Below are positions 11,820 to 24,331 of a stretch of DNA of 64,000 nucleotides, piece after piece (position 1 is the stretch's first letter; every line of letters begins with the position of its first letter). The stretch lies in contig MU008173.1 of assembly GCA_010909165.1 (NCBI GenBank), positions 496,001 to 560,000 of the forward strand. The letters are read 5' to 3'. This DNA comes from Anthoceros angustus. Taxonomy: Eukaryota; Plantae; Anthocerotophyta. A program made the translations under genes and the position numbers. Below the pieces are notes generated by a model. That model worked only from the letters and a program-made list of their open reading frames with translations. It ran no database searches and was not told the DNA's origin.

Positions 11820-14800
11820 TGTGGAATGGGTTTTGCATCCAAGACGCAAAGAGGCCACATTTACCCTCTATGTCGTTATAGTCCTAGGATTCGATCCCAA
11901 GGGAATGGTTTTGTGTCAAGGTGTGCTAAATCTATGGATTCTAGACCTACCCGTCGCTCACTACCCCACCTCTCCGCCCACTCCACCAAACCCACCACCG
12001 TGGTAGACTCGGCCACCACGGGCTTCCCCACCGTGGCGGGTCCCACCACGCCGCCGTCATGGGGTCTATTTGTCACCGGCTCCGCGCAGACCTTGGGGCT
12101 ATGGGTGACACCTATATACACCTCCCTCTACCTCTAGGAATTTCGCGATTCCACCGCACACTCCCTCCCTCCCCACCACGATTTTCCTCACACCTCACTC
12201 TACCTCTAGGAATTCTGCGATTCCACCTTCCCTCCCACTCACGATTTTCCCTCACACTCTCACAATCCCTCACACACTCTCACAATCCCTCACGGCGCTC
12301 ATCTACCTGAACCTTTCCTAATGAACTCCCCTCACCCCCACGGGCCACATGACCTCCTTGGGCCACATCCTTGGGCCACAGACCCCTCCTTGGGCCACAT
12401 GACTCTCCTTGGTGGAATGAACACACAGTGGCGGTTGGGAAGGATCGGGAAAAAACCCGGTCGGTGCTTGGGCGATTCGCCTCGCCTCCCGCCACGCCTC
12501 GCCTCCCTCTCCCCAAAACCTCCACCTCTCTTGACTCGGCCACCACTCCTCCGCACCCCAGCGTGGAGCTTGGCCACCGCCTCGACCATCCAGGATCTTC
12601 CGGCCTTCTTGTGACGAAGGCGGTGCATCGAACGAGTTTGATGCCGATCGACGCCTCCAATCAACCTCGCGCATAGCTTCAACACACGGAAGTTCACACC
12701 GAAATTGTCTCCGAGAGACTCAAGGGTCTCTTATACATTCACCGTGGATTTCCACCACTCCTAGTGTCTAGAAAATATGGCCCACTACCACGAGCGCCCT
12801 ACCAATTCAGAAACTACAACCACGGGTCCTCAAAACATCCTATCCCTACCCCAAAAGAAGCCTCGCCTATGATGTCGCTCTCCTAAAATCAGCGCGCTCT
12901 GTTGCCGCTAGCCCCGCGGGGATGGGGTTCCCGCCTCGCCTCGCCACGCCTCGATCCGAGCGATTCTCCCCAAAACCTCCACCTCACCGCCTCAGCGCCT
13001 TCCCATGGGCGCTGCGCCTATACCCTAGGCCTTATTCCGCCTCATTGGACAACCACTGCAGTGCTCCTCCTCCACGCTCGCTCGCCGCCATTTCCTCGAT
13101 CACCACTTGGGGGTAGGCCCCGCCTCCTCTCGAAGAACCATCGTAAACGCCTGGCGGTCAAGATGTGCGCCCAATAGTTTCGCCTCTCCTCCGTGGACAA
13201 TCTCGGCCGGGCTGCCTTCCATTCCGTGGGATCGTATCCCCACCGCAGCCGCCTGCTTGACTTCCCCACCTCGGTTCCTCCTTCCGCGACGGTGGCTTAG
13301 CCACCGTGGTGGTAGTTTCCACGGTGGTGGCTTCCATCATGGTTGCCGTGGCTCGCCTTCTTCTTTGGCCACCTCTCTGACTCGGCCCTAGCTTCATCTC
13401 TCTCTCGCTATATCTCTCCGCCACTTCTTGAATTTCTCCAGGCGCCATTGCTCCATTTGTTCCCGGCTCGCGAGACCTCATCTTGAAGCTCCTCGATTGT
13501 GGCATGCGCCTTGACCTCGATTCACTAAGGCCTCCTGGGTGGACATGGCCTTAGCCTCTGCCTTGCATAGGGCCGATTCCTGCCTCAAGGCCCTCGCCAC
13601 CTTGTTCTCGCCTGTGCTCTCCAACTTCTCCTTGAGCAACTTTTCCTGGCCTGCACACTCGCCTGTGTGAGAGCCATGGCGCTGATCGAGGAGATCACTG
13701 CCTCGAGCCATGGTCAAGTCAAGGCCTCGATTCTCGAATGCCCCCGTGCCCATTCCTTCCACAACAATTCTCGTGACGCGACGGTGTCACCTGCCTCCAC
13801 TTCACCGGACGGTCGGAAATGTCGCCAAAATGTTCCGAGTCTGACTTGGCTATCGAACTAACCCCTCTTCTTCTAGGGGTTGGTTTGCCACAATCTCCTC
13901 ATCCGCCTCCTCCCCTGGCGGCGACTCCTCCGTGACCGAGGGGCACAACTTGTCGCTTCCTTTATTTTCTCCTCCTTCACTGCTCGCCGCCGATTTCGAC
14001 TGGTGACCCTAGGTGTGGTGGGTTCCTCTCGCTGGCCGTCCTTCCTTCTTCGCCGACCCCTGCTCACTGCCGCCGCCCGCTTGCCTTGGAAACCTCCCAC
14101 CTTCTCCGAATCTTCTAGGGAAGCGCATTCCCAACTGGAATCCTTCCCTAATCTTCCTTACACTCCTCCTCCTCTACCTTGAGTTCCCTGACCGGTTTCC
14201 AGCTATGAAGGCGCATACGCTTCCAACTCCGCTAGACACCCTAATGCGAACACATGAATTAGAAAAGGTGAAATCAAGGAGGGCCGAGGGAAGGGAGAGC
14301 ACCGCCTCCTCATGTGCTCTTTCAAAGATCATCCGCCCCAATCGATTTGTGTACCTTTAACCACCTCATGAAGAAAGACCAGAAGTGATCCGCCATATGA
14401 TCCAACTTCCGATTCTCAGAAACACAAAATCCACTTGGCTAATCCCACCACTTGTGAACGAGTTGGCGAGTCACCCATCCATTGTTCACTCACTTCCCCA
14501 GTTTCATGAGCGCAGACAGCCCTCGTGGTCTTCTTTCTCCTGGGGTCAATTACCAAGCTTCCATCCTCCGATGCTTCTCGCCCATACATCGCCTCGAAAG
14601 AGTCCCAAATCCCGCCTCTTCCTCGCGTCTCCCTCTTGCAACTTGGTTCTCAATTGCCGCGACTCTTGCACCAATGTCATGTCAGAACACCATTTCATCT
14701 CCATAAATTCCACTCCTCGCACCAGTCCGCCTGCCTCACCTTCCAAAGGGTCCATGTTGGGCCACCGCATGGTGAAATTTCGGCCGCTCGGGCGCCATCT

Positions 14801-17464
14801 CTCTTTCTCCTTGTTTCTTCGTGAAAAGAACCCAATACTCCCGCAAACGCCGGGTCGAAAAGGGAACACCACCTCGCTGCCTCCTCCGCTTGCCACCGGG
14901 CGCCTTGCCTCGCCTCCTCTCCTCCTCCTCCTCCTCCTCTCCTCCTTCACTCTCACTTCCCCACCTCGGTTCCTCCTTCACTGCCTCCACTTCACCGGAC
15001 GGTCGAAAAGGGAACACCACCTCGCCACCGTGGTGGGCGGCTACCTCCCCACTGCAGCCCGCCCGACGCCTCGCCCACGCGGCCGGGTGTGTCCGTCTCT
15101 CGCTTGCGCCCGACCGCCGCGCTCTCCGCCACTAGGGTTGTAAACTCCCGGTCTCAGACGCCCCGCTTCTTCGCCACCGTGGTGGAACTGGCTACCTCCC
15201 CGCTTGATCTGCCAATCGGCGGTGTAGGCACCCCTAACATATATAGACACTTTCTTATTTCTAAAATCACCAAAACCCAAGGACTCTATCTCCGACCTAC
15301 CTATCCGGGGTCGAAAAACCTAAGGTTCAAAAACAAATTATTATCCCAAGGGCCAAGGACCATTCTCGTATAAAAGACCTTACCAGTTGATTCTCAAAGC
15401 ACTCGCTATATCTCTCCGCCACTTCTTGAATTTCTCCAGGCGCCATTGTTTCCATTTGTTCACAGGCTCATGAGACCTCATCTTGAAGCTCCTCGATTGT
15501 GGCATGCGCCTTGACCGATTCACTAAGGCCTCCTGGGTGGACATGGCCTTTAGCCGCCCCTGCCTTGCATAGGGCCGCCGCATTCCTGCCTCAAGGCCCT
15601 CGCCACCTTGTTCTCGCCTGTGCTCCAACTTCTCCTTGAGCAACTTTTCCTGGCTTACACACCAGTGTGAGAGCCATGGCCTCGAGGAGATCACTGCGTC
15701 GAGCCATGGCGAAGTCAAGGCCTGATTCGAATTGCCCCTGCCCATTCCTTCCACAACAATGACGCGGTGTCACTGCCTCCACTTCACCGGACGGTCGGTG
15801 AAATGTCGAGTTCTGCGGACTTGGCTATCGAACTAACCCCTCTTCTTCTAGGGGTTGGTTTGCCACAATCTCCTCATCCGCCCCAATCTCTCCTAGCGGC
15901 GACTCCTCCCGACCCGAGAGGGGCACAACTTGTCGCTTCCCTTTATTTTCTCCTCCTTCACTGCCTCGCCGGATTTCGACTGGTGACCCTAGGTGTGGTG
16001 GGTTCCTCTTCCCTTCCTTCTTCGCCGACCCCTGCTCGCCGCCGCCCGCTTGCCCTTGGAAACCTCCCACCTTCGTCCGAATCTTCTAGGGAAGCGCATT
16101 CCCAACCTGGAATCCTTCCCTAATCTTCCTTACACTCCTCCTCCTCTACCTTGAGTTCTCCCGGTTTCCAGCTATGAAGGCGCATACGCTTCCAACTCCG
16201 CTAGACACCCTAATGCGCGAACACATGAATTAGAAAAGGTGAAATCAAGGAGGGTCGAGGGAAGGGAGAGCAAATTCGCCTCCTCATGTGCTCTTTCAAA
16301 GATCATCCGCCCCAATCGATTTGAGTACCTTTAACCACCTCATGAAGAAAGACCAGGAAGTGGTCTGCCATATGATCCAACTTCCGATTCTGCAGGAAAC
16401 ACAAAATCCACTTGGCTAATCCCACCAGCTGCGCAGACACGAGTTGGCGAGTCACCCATCCATTGTTCACTCTCACTTCCCCAGGCTTCATGAGCGCAGC
16501 CGCTGCAGCTCTCAGGGTCTTCTTTCTCTGGGGGTCAATTACCAAGCTTCCATCCTCTGATGCTTCTCGCCCATACACTGCTCGAAAGAGTCCCAAATCC
16601 CAGTTTTGCGGCCTCTTCCTCGCCTCCTCTTGCAACTTGGTTCTCAATTGCGACTCTTGCACCAATGCCGGGTGAACACCATTTCATCTCCATAAATTCC
16701 ACCCAGCCTCGCACCAGTCGCCTGCCTCACCTTCCAAAGGGTCCATGTTGGGCCACCGCATGGTGGAAATTTCGGCCGCGCTGGGCGCCATCTCTCTTTC
16801 TCCTTGTTCTTCGTGAAAAGAACCCAACACTCCCGCAAACGCCGGTAAAAGGGAACACCACCTCGCTGCCTCCTCCGCTTGCGTTGGCGCTCTTGCCTCG
16901 TCTCTTTTCCTCCTTCACTGCCTCCTCCGCTTCTTGCCCTTGGAAACCTCCCACCTCGGTTCCTCCTTCCGCGACGGTGGCGGTTTAGCCACCGTGGTGG
17001 GCGGCTACCTCCCACCTCGGTTCCTCCTTCACTGCCTCCTCCGCTTGCCCTTGGAAACCTCCACCTCGCGGTCTTTGGGTGTGTCCGCCTCTTGCGCCCG
17101 ACTGCCGCCCACTCCGCCACTAGGGTTGTAAACTCCCCGGTCTCAGACGCCCCTGCTTCTTCGCCACCGTGGTGGAACTGCTACCTCCCCGCTTGATCGC
17201 GCTGTGGTGGTGTAGGCACCCCTAACATATATAGACACTTTCTTATTTCTAAAATCACCAAAACCTATCTCCGACCTACCTATCCGGGGTCGAAAAACCT
17301 AAGGTTCAAAAACAAATTATTATCCCAAGGGCCAAGGACCATTCTCGTATAAAAGACCTTACCCAGCGATTCTCAAAGCACTGCTATACAAACACTCTTA
17401 AAACAAAAAAAAATCGTGCATCCCTACACTTCAGAGAGGGCTAGAGTATATGTGGTCTTCCACA
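11820..17464 (-). repeat. 5' LTR (5.6 kb, including a ~2-kb internal tandem duplication)
   Basis: Bounded by a perfect 7-bp inverted repeat, TGTGGAA (11820-11826) and TTCCACA (17458-17464); PBS follows on the minus strand. Confidence 0.8.
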
Positions 17465-17521
17465 TAAAGTATCTTTCTCTTGGTGTTGATGCTGCCTTCT
17501 GCGCCCATGCGTGCCTCTCTC

Positions 17522-18581
17522 TGTTAACGCGAGTCATGAGTCATGAGCAAAGGACAGGGCCCGAGAGATCGATCAAGGTCCCGTGACGGACCCTAACGTG
17601 TGGTAGTGTGTGCGTGGAATAGCGACTAGGGACCCTTGCTCGTCTGCAGCAGCGCCCAATGCTGGACTAGATCGAACGCAGGAGCCGGAGGAACTCCGGG
17701 AGGGCGCGGCAGCCCTGGACGGAGAGGCGGCAGAGCGGCGGAGGAGGACGGACCACGTAGCCACCCGCGTTTTCCCAAGGACGATGAGTGTAGTGAGAGT
17801 GGTGAGAGGAACGGACTAGAGGGATGAGTGATTAACTTGAACGATACCTGACGCGAATGGGTCCTTAACGCTTGCAGCATCGCCGCCCCGCTTCGGTGAA
17901 CGCTATGGTAGTTAGGCGTAAAACGATGAATAGGTGTGTTGAGATTAACGGATACTAAGGGAGGTGAGAAACGATTGAAACGTGGCAAACGGAGCCTATC
18001 ATTCTCTTGGGAGCGGACCCCTTACTACAACGACACGGGATTGTGCGCGCCCGGCTGGCCATCAGCGAAAGTCGCGCCACAGCGGGTATGGAAAGTGGGT
18101 TTCAAACAACCCAAGGATGTGCTCCTCTTGAGTCTGCATCCATTCACATGATGAGAGAGGCACCCTTGGAAGGACAGCACCGAGCGCTGACGCTTGCGGC
18201 ACGGAGGGGGAGGCCACAAGACATACTTGGGCAGCCCAAGTAGTCTGGTCGAAGTCCTTGTGCATGTGCCCAATGTGTGTTTTCACCCCCTTATCGCCAC
18301 AGCACAACTAAGCACAAACTGGACAAGGAGTGTCCTTGAGGGTCAAAGAATTCGGAACCTGCTCTCTGCAATGGAGCGGCCCACACCTTCCCATTGCAGA
18401 GGGAAGATACTGTAGAGAGAGAACAAACGGCAGACATGAGCCTGAGAGTGTCAGGGCTGAGGAGGCACTGGTGACTGAGGACAAAGAGTCTGTGCCCTTT
18501 ACCAGACGTACAAAGTTTTAGCTCCGTATGGCGAACCCCAAGAGACTGGCAAAGAGAGAGATTTATAGTAGAATTGTAACA
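17522..18581 (-). mobile_element. LTR-like element (possible solo LTR, different family)
   Basis: Termini TGTTA (17522) and TAACA (18581); minus strand starts TGTTACAATTCTACTATAAATCTCTCTC (TATA plus CT tract). Flanks CTCTC and AAGCT do not form a TSD. Confidence 0.45.
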
Positions 18582-19128
18582 AAGCTCTAATGAAAAAGTA
18601 AAAAAAATAAAAAAGAAATAACAGATCAAAATAAAAAATTTTGTGGGAAAATGAAAAATGAAACGAGAGCTGAAAATCAATGCTACTTGTGAAAGCTCCC
18701 TATTAGCTGCATGTTGGGGACAAAGAGGTTGCATGTAAGTTCTCCTAGGAAGGAGCCTGCAATGTGTGGATGCTTAAGATCCCTGTCGCACGAGGTAAGC
18801 ACTTGAATTCATATAAGCACTTCTCCGACAAACAACCAAACAAAACAAATCTAACACGCAAATATATAGGTGCAAACCAATAACAACAGGAGGGAGTAGC
18901 TCGCACATCGTGGCACAAACACACTCTCCCTACGAGAACAACATGCAAATTCCTCACACATCGCTCTCGGAGTCATAGCTTTGGCCTCCTCACAACACCT
19001 TTGTATTGCATATCTAGAGGACAAGCTATGATCTGAGCTTGTCCTCAATGGAAGCGTCTATATGTACTAGCTCTTCACATCGGGATATTCCTAAGATATC
19101 CTATTTGCATCAGCATATGCCGGAAATA

Positions 19129-19274
19129 TCCTAAGAATACACTATAATATGCAAGGAATATGCTAAAGCATATTACTTGAGCTTATCCACTTAGCTATTG
19201 TGTCCTAAGAATACACAATAATATGCAAGGAATATGCCAAAGCATATTACTTGAGCTTATCCACTTAGCTATTG
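19129..19274. repeat. ~74-bp tandem duplication
   Basis: CCTAAGAATACAC...CTTATCCACTTAGCTATTG twice, near-identical. Confidence 0.9.
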
Positions 19275-20215
19275 CAAACCATGTTTAATTAACACTAATG
19301 AATGCTTAATTAACATAAGCACCTTACATTAATTAACACTAATTACTTATTTAAATATAAGTGATTAGATTAATTACTGCTAATCAAACACTAAACCCAA
19401 GTGCATAGATTAGTATCACACGGCATGACATCCCCGAGATAGCAGCTGCGGAGATGATGCGAACATACTAGATATGAGAGGCCGAGCTCTCAAATCTTTG
19501 ATTGCTTCTTGACACATTGCTTTAAGCATTGTGGAGGGCTAGCTTAGAGGAGAGCTAGATGAGAGCTTTGTCGTGAGTCAAGGACAATAGTTAAAAGGGT
19601 GTTGATAGCCAAACTACTATGTGAGTAAGTGAAGAAGAGCAGCACTAGAGGCTGATCTGCGACTTGTCAGAGGTCTGCAGGCTAATTGGAGGCCTAATTT
19701 TGTATCTTGTGTGAAATTGCTCTAAGAGATTGTGCATACTTTGCGTCAGGGATGAATATGTGCGATCCTAGGATGTTGAGAAGTCATCACTTGTCGCTTC
19801 TTTACTGGCTGGTAGTAAGGGGCGTTATTAGAACAGTGAATTGCTACTTAATTCTCTTCGCAAGAAGAGAAGACTCCTCGGGGGCATTAAGAAATCTTAA
19901 GCATTGTAAAAGGTACTCAGTCTTTGTTGTAGATAATGTGATGTCTGAAGCTCAGAGCACCAGCTTACCAGCCGGTTCCCTATGGAAGATTGTAAACATA
20001 TGTAGAAGTAGAATGCTTGGTATGGCTAAAGGATCATCATCTCCCCAATCAGAATAAGAATAACCAACCAGCCAGATCCTTGAACTTACAACAATCCCAT
20101 AACATAAACCATGATTACTAATACCATGAAGATACTACAAAATATCCTTAACTATTTGTCAATGATGCGTCTCATGATTACTAGCATAGCGTCTAATCGC
20201 TTTGACAACATAAGC

Positions 20216-20693
20216 TATATCCGATTACGCAGCGGTCATAACATATATCAGCAATTCCTTGCAGCCTGATTCTAAACTTTCACACAAGAGGAACTTGATG
20301 AACATCAAGCTCGTCCTTTAACAGTAGGAACAATAATTACACCAACTTCAGATAGCACAGTAGAGTACTGAAATGTCTATAGTGTTCCACATGAAACTTA
20401 TGGAGAAAATCTAAAACATAGTAATATGTCAAAAAAGCTATAGTAATCGACGGGTATATCCGATTGCGCAGCGGTCATAACATATATCAGTAATTCCTTG
20501 GAGCCTGATTCTAAACTTTCACACAAGAGGAACTTGATGAACATCAAGCTCGTCCTTTAACAGTAGGAACAATAATTACACCAACTTCAGATAGCACAGT
20601 AGAGTACTGAAATGTCTATAGTGTTCCATATGAAACTTATGGAGAAAATCTAAAACATATTAATATGTCAAAAAAGCTATAGTAATCGACGGG
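20216..20693. repeat. 239-bp tandem duplication
   Basis: 20216-20454 and 20455-20693 differ at only about 5 positions. Confidence 0.92.
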
Positions 20694-20694
20694 A

Positions 20695-21200
20695 TCGATC
20701 ATTTAAAACTTCAATACCAAGGCAATATTATAGCTCTTCAAAATTCTTCATTTCAAATGTCTCATTGTAGACACTGCTTAGTTTTCTTTAACAATGTCAA
20801 GCTATTTGAGAACTTTATAAGATCAGCAACATGGAATGCAATATAAACAAATATTGACTCCCGAGTTAGCAAATACGTACTAGAACCAACTCTATTATGC
20901 AAAAACCCTTCTACCTAAAGTAAATATGCAACAGCGAATTCCTTAAATGAGGAATTGGCTTTAAGCCATATAATGAGTTCTTTCAACGACAGACCATGCT
21001 TTCCAAGGTTCCCGGAAACAAAAGAACCCCATGGCTGCTCCATATAGACTTCATCTTCTAGTGCTCCACAAAGAATCGTCCCTCATCAATCTTAACCTCT
21101 ATATGATGAATGACCCACTTATGCCAGGCAGCTGATACGACGAGTCTAAGAATGGAATTAATTTTTGTGCTAGAAGCAAATATATCATTATAGTAACCAT
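20695..21200 (-). pseudogene. Ty1/Copia reverse transcriptase remnant
   Basis: Minus strand: SILRLVVSAAWHKWVIHHIEVK (cf. HQMDVK), EDEVYMEQP, FEMKNFEEL*YCLGIEV (cf. FEMKDLGELxYFLGIEV). Confidence 0.8.
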
Positions 21201-21600
21201 GTGGCACGAGGTAAAAACTTGCATTCGCATGAGCACTTCCTCTATGGACAACCAAACAAAACAAATCTCTGCAAATATAGGTGCAAACCAATGCGCAAAA
21301 AAGAATAGGTGAGAAAAGCTCGCCCCTCGTGGCACAAATACGAGAACATCACGCAAATCCCTCACACATTTCTCTCGAAGTCATAGCTTTGACCTCCTCA
21401 CAATACCCTTGTATTGCATATGTAAAGACAAGCTACGTTCTGAGCCTGTCCTCTATGAAGAGTTTATGTATACTAGCCGTTGACATCGGCATATTCCTAA
21501 GTTATCTTATTGGTATCAACATGTGCCACGGAGCCTAATACTTGCCACAACTATTGACTTGAAGTAAGAATCCGTCCAGGTTTGCCTTGCTACCTAACAA

Positions 21601-21770
21601 AACACTATTGTTAGAAATTCTATTTTGTGAGAACTGTCACTAACCAAAAGCTAGCTAACGAAATACTATTGTGAGAAACTCAATTTTGTGAGAACTGTCA
21701 CTAACCAAAGCTAGTTAATGAAACACTGTTGTGAGAAACTCAATTTTGTGAGAACTGTCACTAACCAAAA
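21601..21770. repeat. ~60-bp tandem repeat x3
   Basis: ATTTTGTGAGAACTGTCACTAACCAAA three times at ~60-bp period. Confidence 0.9.
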
Positions 21771-21868
21771 GTGTTATTGCATTTCGCTGAAGTTGGACCT
21801 GGGCTACTAACCTAGAGGCTGCAAGTCATCTCCTAATATGTAAACATCATAAGTCATTTAATAAAATA

Positions 21869-21964
21869 TACACCATAGAAGCCTATATATATGGTGTAGC
21901 CAAGAGACGTAGAAAAGTCATTCCACAATACATACACCATAGAAGCCTATATATGTGGTGTAGC
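21869..21964. repeat. ~64-bp-period duplication with an internal hairpin
   Basis: TACACCATAGAAGCCTATATAT(A/G)TGGTGTAGCC twice; TACACCATA/TATGGTGTA stem. Confidence 0.75.
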
Positions 21965-22198
21965 CGGAAAGGAAACTACAATGTATGGGAACTTTTAGCT
22001 GATGAGCCTTTGCAGGCGAAACTAGCTTACTTGCGAAGGCTAATCAGCTATAACTACAAGACAAATAGGGGAAAACCCAAGAAGAGAGAGGACTGGCCGC
22101 CTGGTTTCCGAGTACTGTGAACTTGTTCTCAGTCGTCTGCGGGTCCAAGTACTCTAGGTTTAGACGGGAGGCGCGGCTGGCTCTCTTCCAGCTCGGGG

Positions 22199-23947
22199 AT
22201 GATGGTCTCCATCCGGGAACTGGAGAAATCGATGGGTACACGCGAGGAGGAGGAGGCGGAGGCAGGCAAGGAGGAAAGGGAGCAGGGAAGGAGGAAAAGG
22301 AAGAGCAAAAGAGGCTCTAAGGAATCAGGGGGCGGCGAGCAACAGCCAGGGCCAGAGGTTGCCAATGGAGGGACCAATAGTAAGAAGAGGAAGTTGGAGG
22401 CAGAGGGCTTGGATGCACAGACAGTGAGCGTGGAAGGGATTATGAGTAGCACTGCATTTGATACCCTCCCCCTTTCTGAGCCGACGAAGAAGGCAATTCG
22501 TGATACGGGGTTCTCACACATGACTGAGATTCAGTCTAGGTCGATCCCGGAGTTGCTGAAAGGTCGGGATGTGTTAGGTGCAGCTAGGACGGGTTCGGGC
22601 AAAACCCTATCCTTTTTGATACCGGCAGCTGAGCTGCTGTATCATGGCCAATTCATGCCTCGGAATGGGACTGGTGTGATCATCATTTCTCCAACACGGG
22701 AGCTGTCAATGCAGATTTATGGAGTTGCCACGGACTTGCTCAAGTACCACAGCCAAACACATGGAATTGTGATGGGAGGATCTAACCGTCGAACCGAAGC
22801 GGAGAAGCTCAGCAAGGGTGTTAATCTACTTGTAGCTACTCCTGGTCGCCTGCTGGATCATCTTCAGAACACCAAGGGCTTTCTGTACAAGAATCTCAAG
22901 TGCCTCATCATTGACGAGGCTGACAGGATTCTGGAAATCGGATTTGAGGAGGATATGAAGCAGATCATAAAACTTCTCCCGAAGGATAGACAAACTGTTC
23001 TTTTCTCTGCTACTCAGACACACAAGGTTGAGGATCTTGCCCGTGTTTCTTTCAAGAACAAGCCTATTTATATCGGAGTTGATGATGGACGCTCGAAGGC
23101 AACCGTTGAAGGACTGGAACAGGGCTACTGTGTGGTGTCAAGCTCCAAGCGTTTTCTTCTCCTTTTCACCTTTCTGAAGATGAATCTGAAGAAGAAGGTG
23201 ATGGTCTTCTTTTCTTCCTGTAATTCTGTGAAGCATCACCACGATCTTCTGAATTACATTGATATTCCATGTCTCGACATTCATGGCAAGCAGAAACAGC
23301 AGAAGAGAACCACTACGTATTTTGAGTTCTGCAATGCCGAGAAGGGAATTCTTCTTTGTACTGATGTTGCTGCTCGTGGCCTGGATATTCCGGCTGTTGA
23401 CTGGATCATACAGTATGATCCACCTGACGATCCCAAGGAGTATATTCATAGAGTTGGCAGGACAGCTAGAGGCGAAGGTTCCAGAGGCAAAGCTCTGTTG
23501 TTTTTGATACCTGAAGAGCTGGGGTTTTTGAAGTATCTGAAGGGGGCGAAGGTTCCACTCAACGAGTACGACTTTCCAGCCAACAAGCTGTCCAACGTGC
23601 AGTCAGAGCTGGAAAAGTTGGTGGGTAAAAACTTTTACCTCCACCAATCAGCACGAGATGCGTACAGATCTTATCTGCTTGCCTACAACTCTCATTCTCT
23701 GAAGGATATATTCAACGTCCATCGATTAAACTTGCAGGAAGTTGCTGCGTCCTTTGGTTTCAGTTGTCCACCCAAGGTCAACCTGAATCTGGATAGCAAT
23801 GCTGCTAAGTTCAGGAAGACGGGGCATAATGGTGAGGTCGGAAGGAAAAGTAAGCCCGGAGCGAGGGGCAGCGGTCACGGATTTAGTGCCAGCAACCCTT
23901 ATGGGAAGCGATCAGAAAATGACAAACGGCAGTTCTCTCGGATTTGA
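22199..23947 (+). CDS. HAS1: DEAD-box RNA helicase, HAS1/DDX18 family, intronless
   Basis: 582-aa ORF with [41 protein letters not shown] and [12 protein letters not shown]. Start may be 22202 or 22232. Confidence 0.95.
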   Translation: MMVSIRELEKSMGTREEEEAEAGKEEREQGRRKRKSKRGSKESGGGEQQPGPEVANGGTNSKKRKLEAEGLDAQTVSVEGIMSSTAFDTLPLSEPTKKAIRDTGFSHMTEIQSRSIPELLKGRDVLGAARTGSGKTLSFLIPAAELLYHGQFMPRNGTGVIIISPTRELSMQIYGVATDLLKYHSQTHGIVMGGSNRRTEAEKLSKGVNLLVATPGRLLDHLQNTKGFLYKNLKCLIIDEADRILEIGFEEDMKQIIKLLPKDRQTVLFSATQTHKVEDLARVSFKNKPIYIGVDDGRSKATVEGLEQGYCVVSSSKRFLLLFTFLKMNLKKKVMVFFSSCNSVKHHHDLLNYIDIPCLDIHGKQKQQKRTTTYFEFCNAEKGILLCTDVAARGLDIPAVDWIIQYDPPDDPKEYIHRVGRTARGEGSRGKALLFLIPEELGFLKYLKGAKVPLNEYDFPANKLSNVQSELEKLVGKNFYLHQSARDAYRSYLLAYNSHSLKDIFNVHRLNLQEVAASFGFSCPPKVNLNLDSNAAKFRKTGHNGEVGRKSKPGARGSGHGFSASNPYGKRSENDKRQFSRI

Positions 23948-24331
23948 GGACGAGGGGCCCTGTCAAATTTTTGTAGTTTTCATTGTATTTTTTCAGGGTA
24001 ACGTGTTGGAGCCTAAGTTTTGCAGTGCAACAGGTATTGGAGGTTTGCAATTTTGTTGTAGTTCCTCTATGTTCGTGATAAAATGAGGGGATCACGATCC
24101 CAATTGGTGCCGACTGATCCAGCTCTACCTACCATGTTCTCTGCAAATGCTACTAATGTCAAATACTGGAGTGTCTTTCTCTTCCTGCCGTGAGTTGGAC
24201 ATGCTTACTCATCAACACTAAGACCAGAAAGCACCATGAACAATCAGACCAAAATCCATCTTGGAGGACCTCAACACCTTTTAGAAATAATGTCACTAGA
24301 CCGCAAAGAACATCTAGAAAATCTGCCTGAA

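Larger units (their letters stand above)
1..17464 (-). mobile_element. Ty3/Gypsy LTR retrotransposon, non-chromovirus, near full length, frameshifted (3' LTR runs off the window start)
   Basis: Minus-strand order 5'LTR-PBS-gag(CCHC)-PR-RT-RNaseH-INT-PPT-3'LTR. Position 1 onward matches ~12245 onward, and ~2800-3056 matches ~17210-17464. No chromodomain after INT. Confidence 0.88.
18788..21528. repeat. Diverged direct repeat pair (~330 bp): 18788-19122 and 21204-21528, possibly LTR parts of a deleted Copia element
   Basis: Shared blocks such as CAACCAAACAAAACAAATCT, ATAGGTGCAAACCAAT and AGTCATAGCTTTG; roughly 75-80% identity by eye. Confidence 0.75.

Noticed and set aside
1-17464. Dozens of short ORFs on both strands as independent genes
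   Set aside because: They are frameshift fragments or antisense shadows of the retrotransposon and repeat with the LTR copies.
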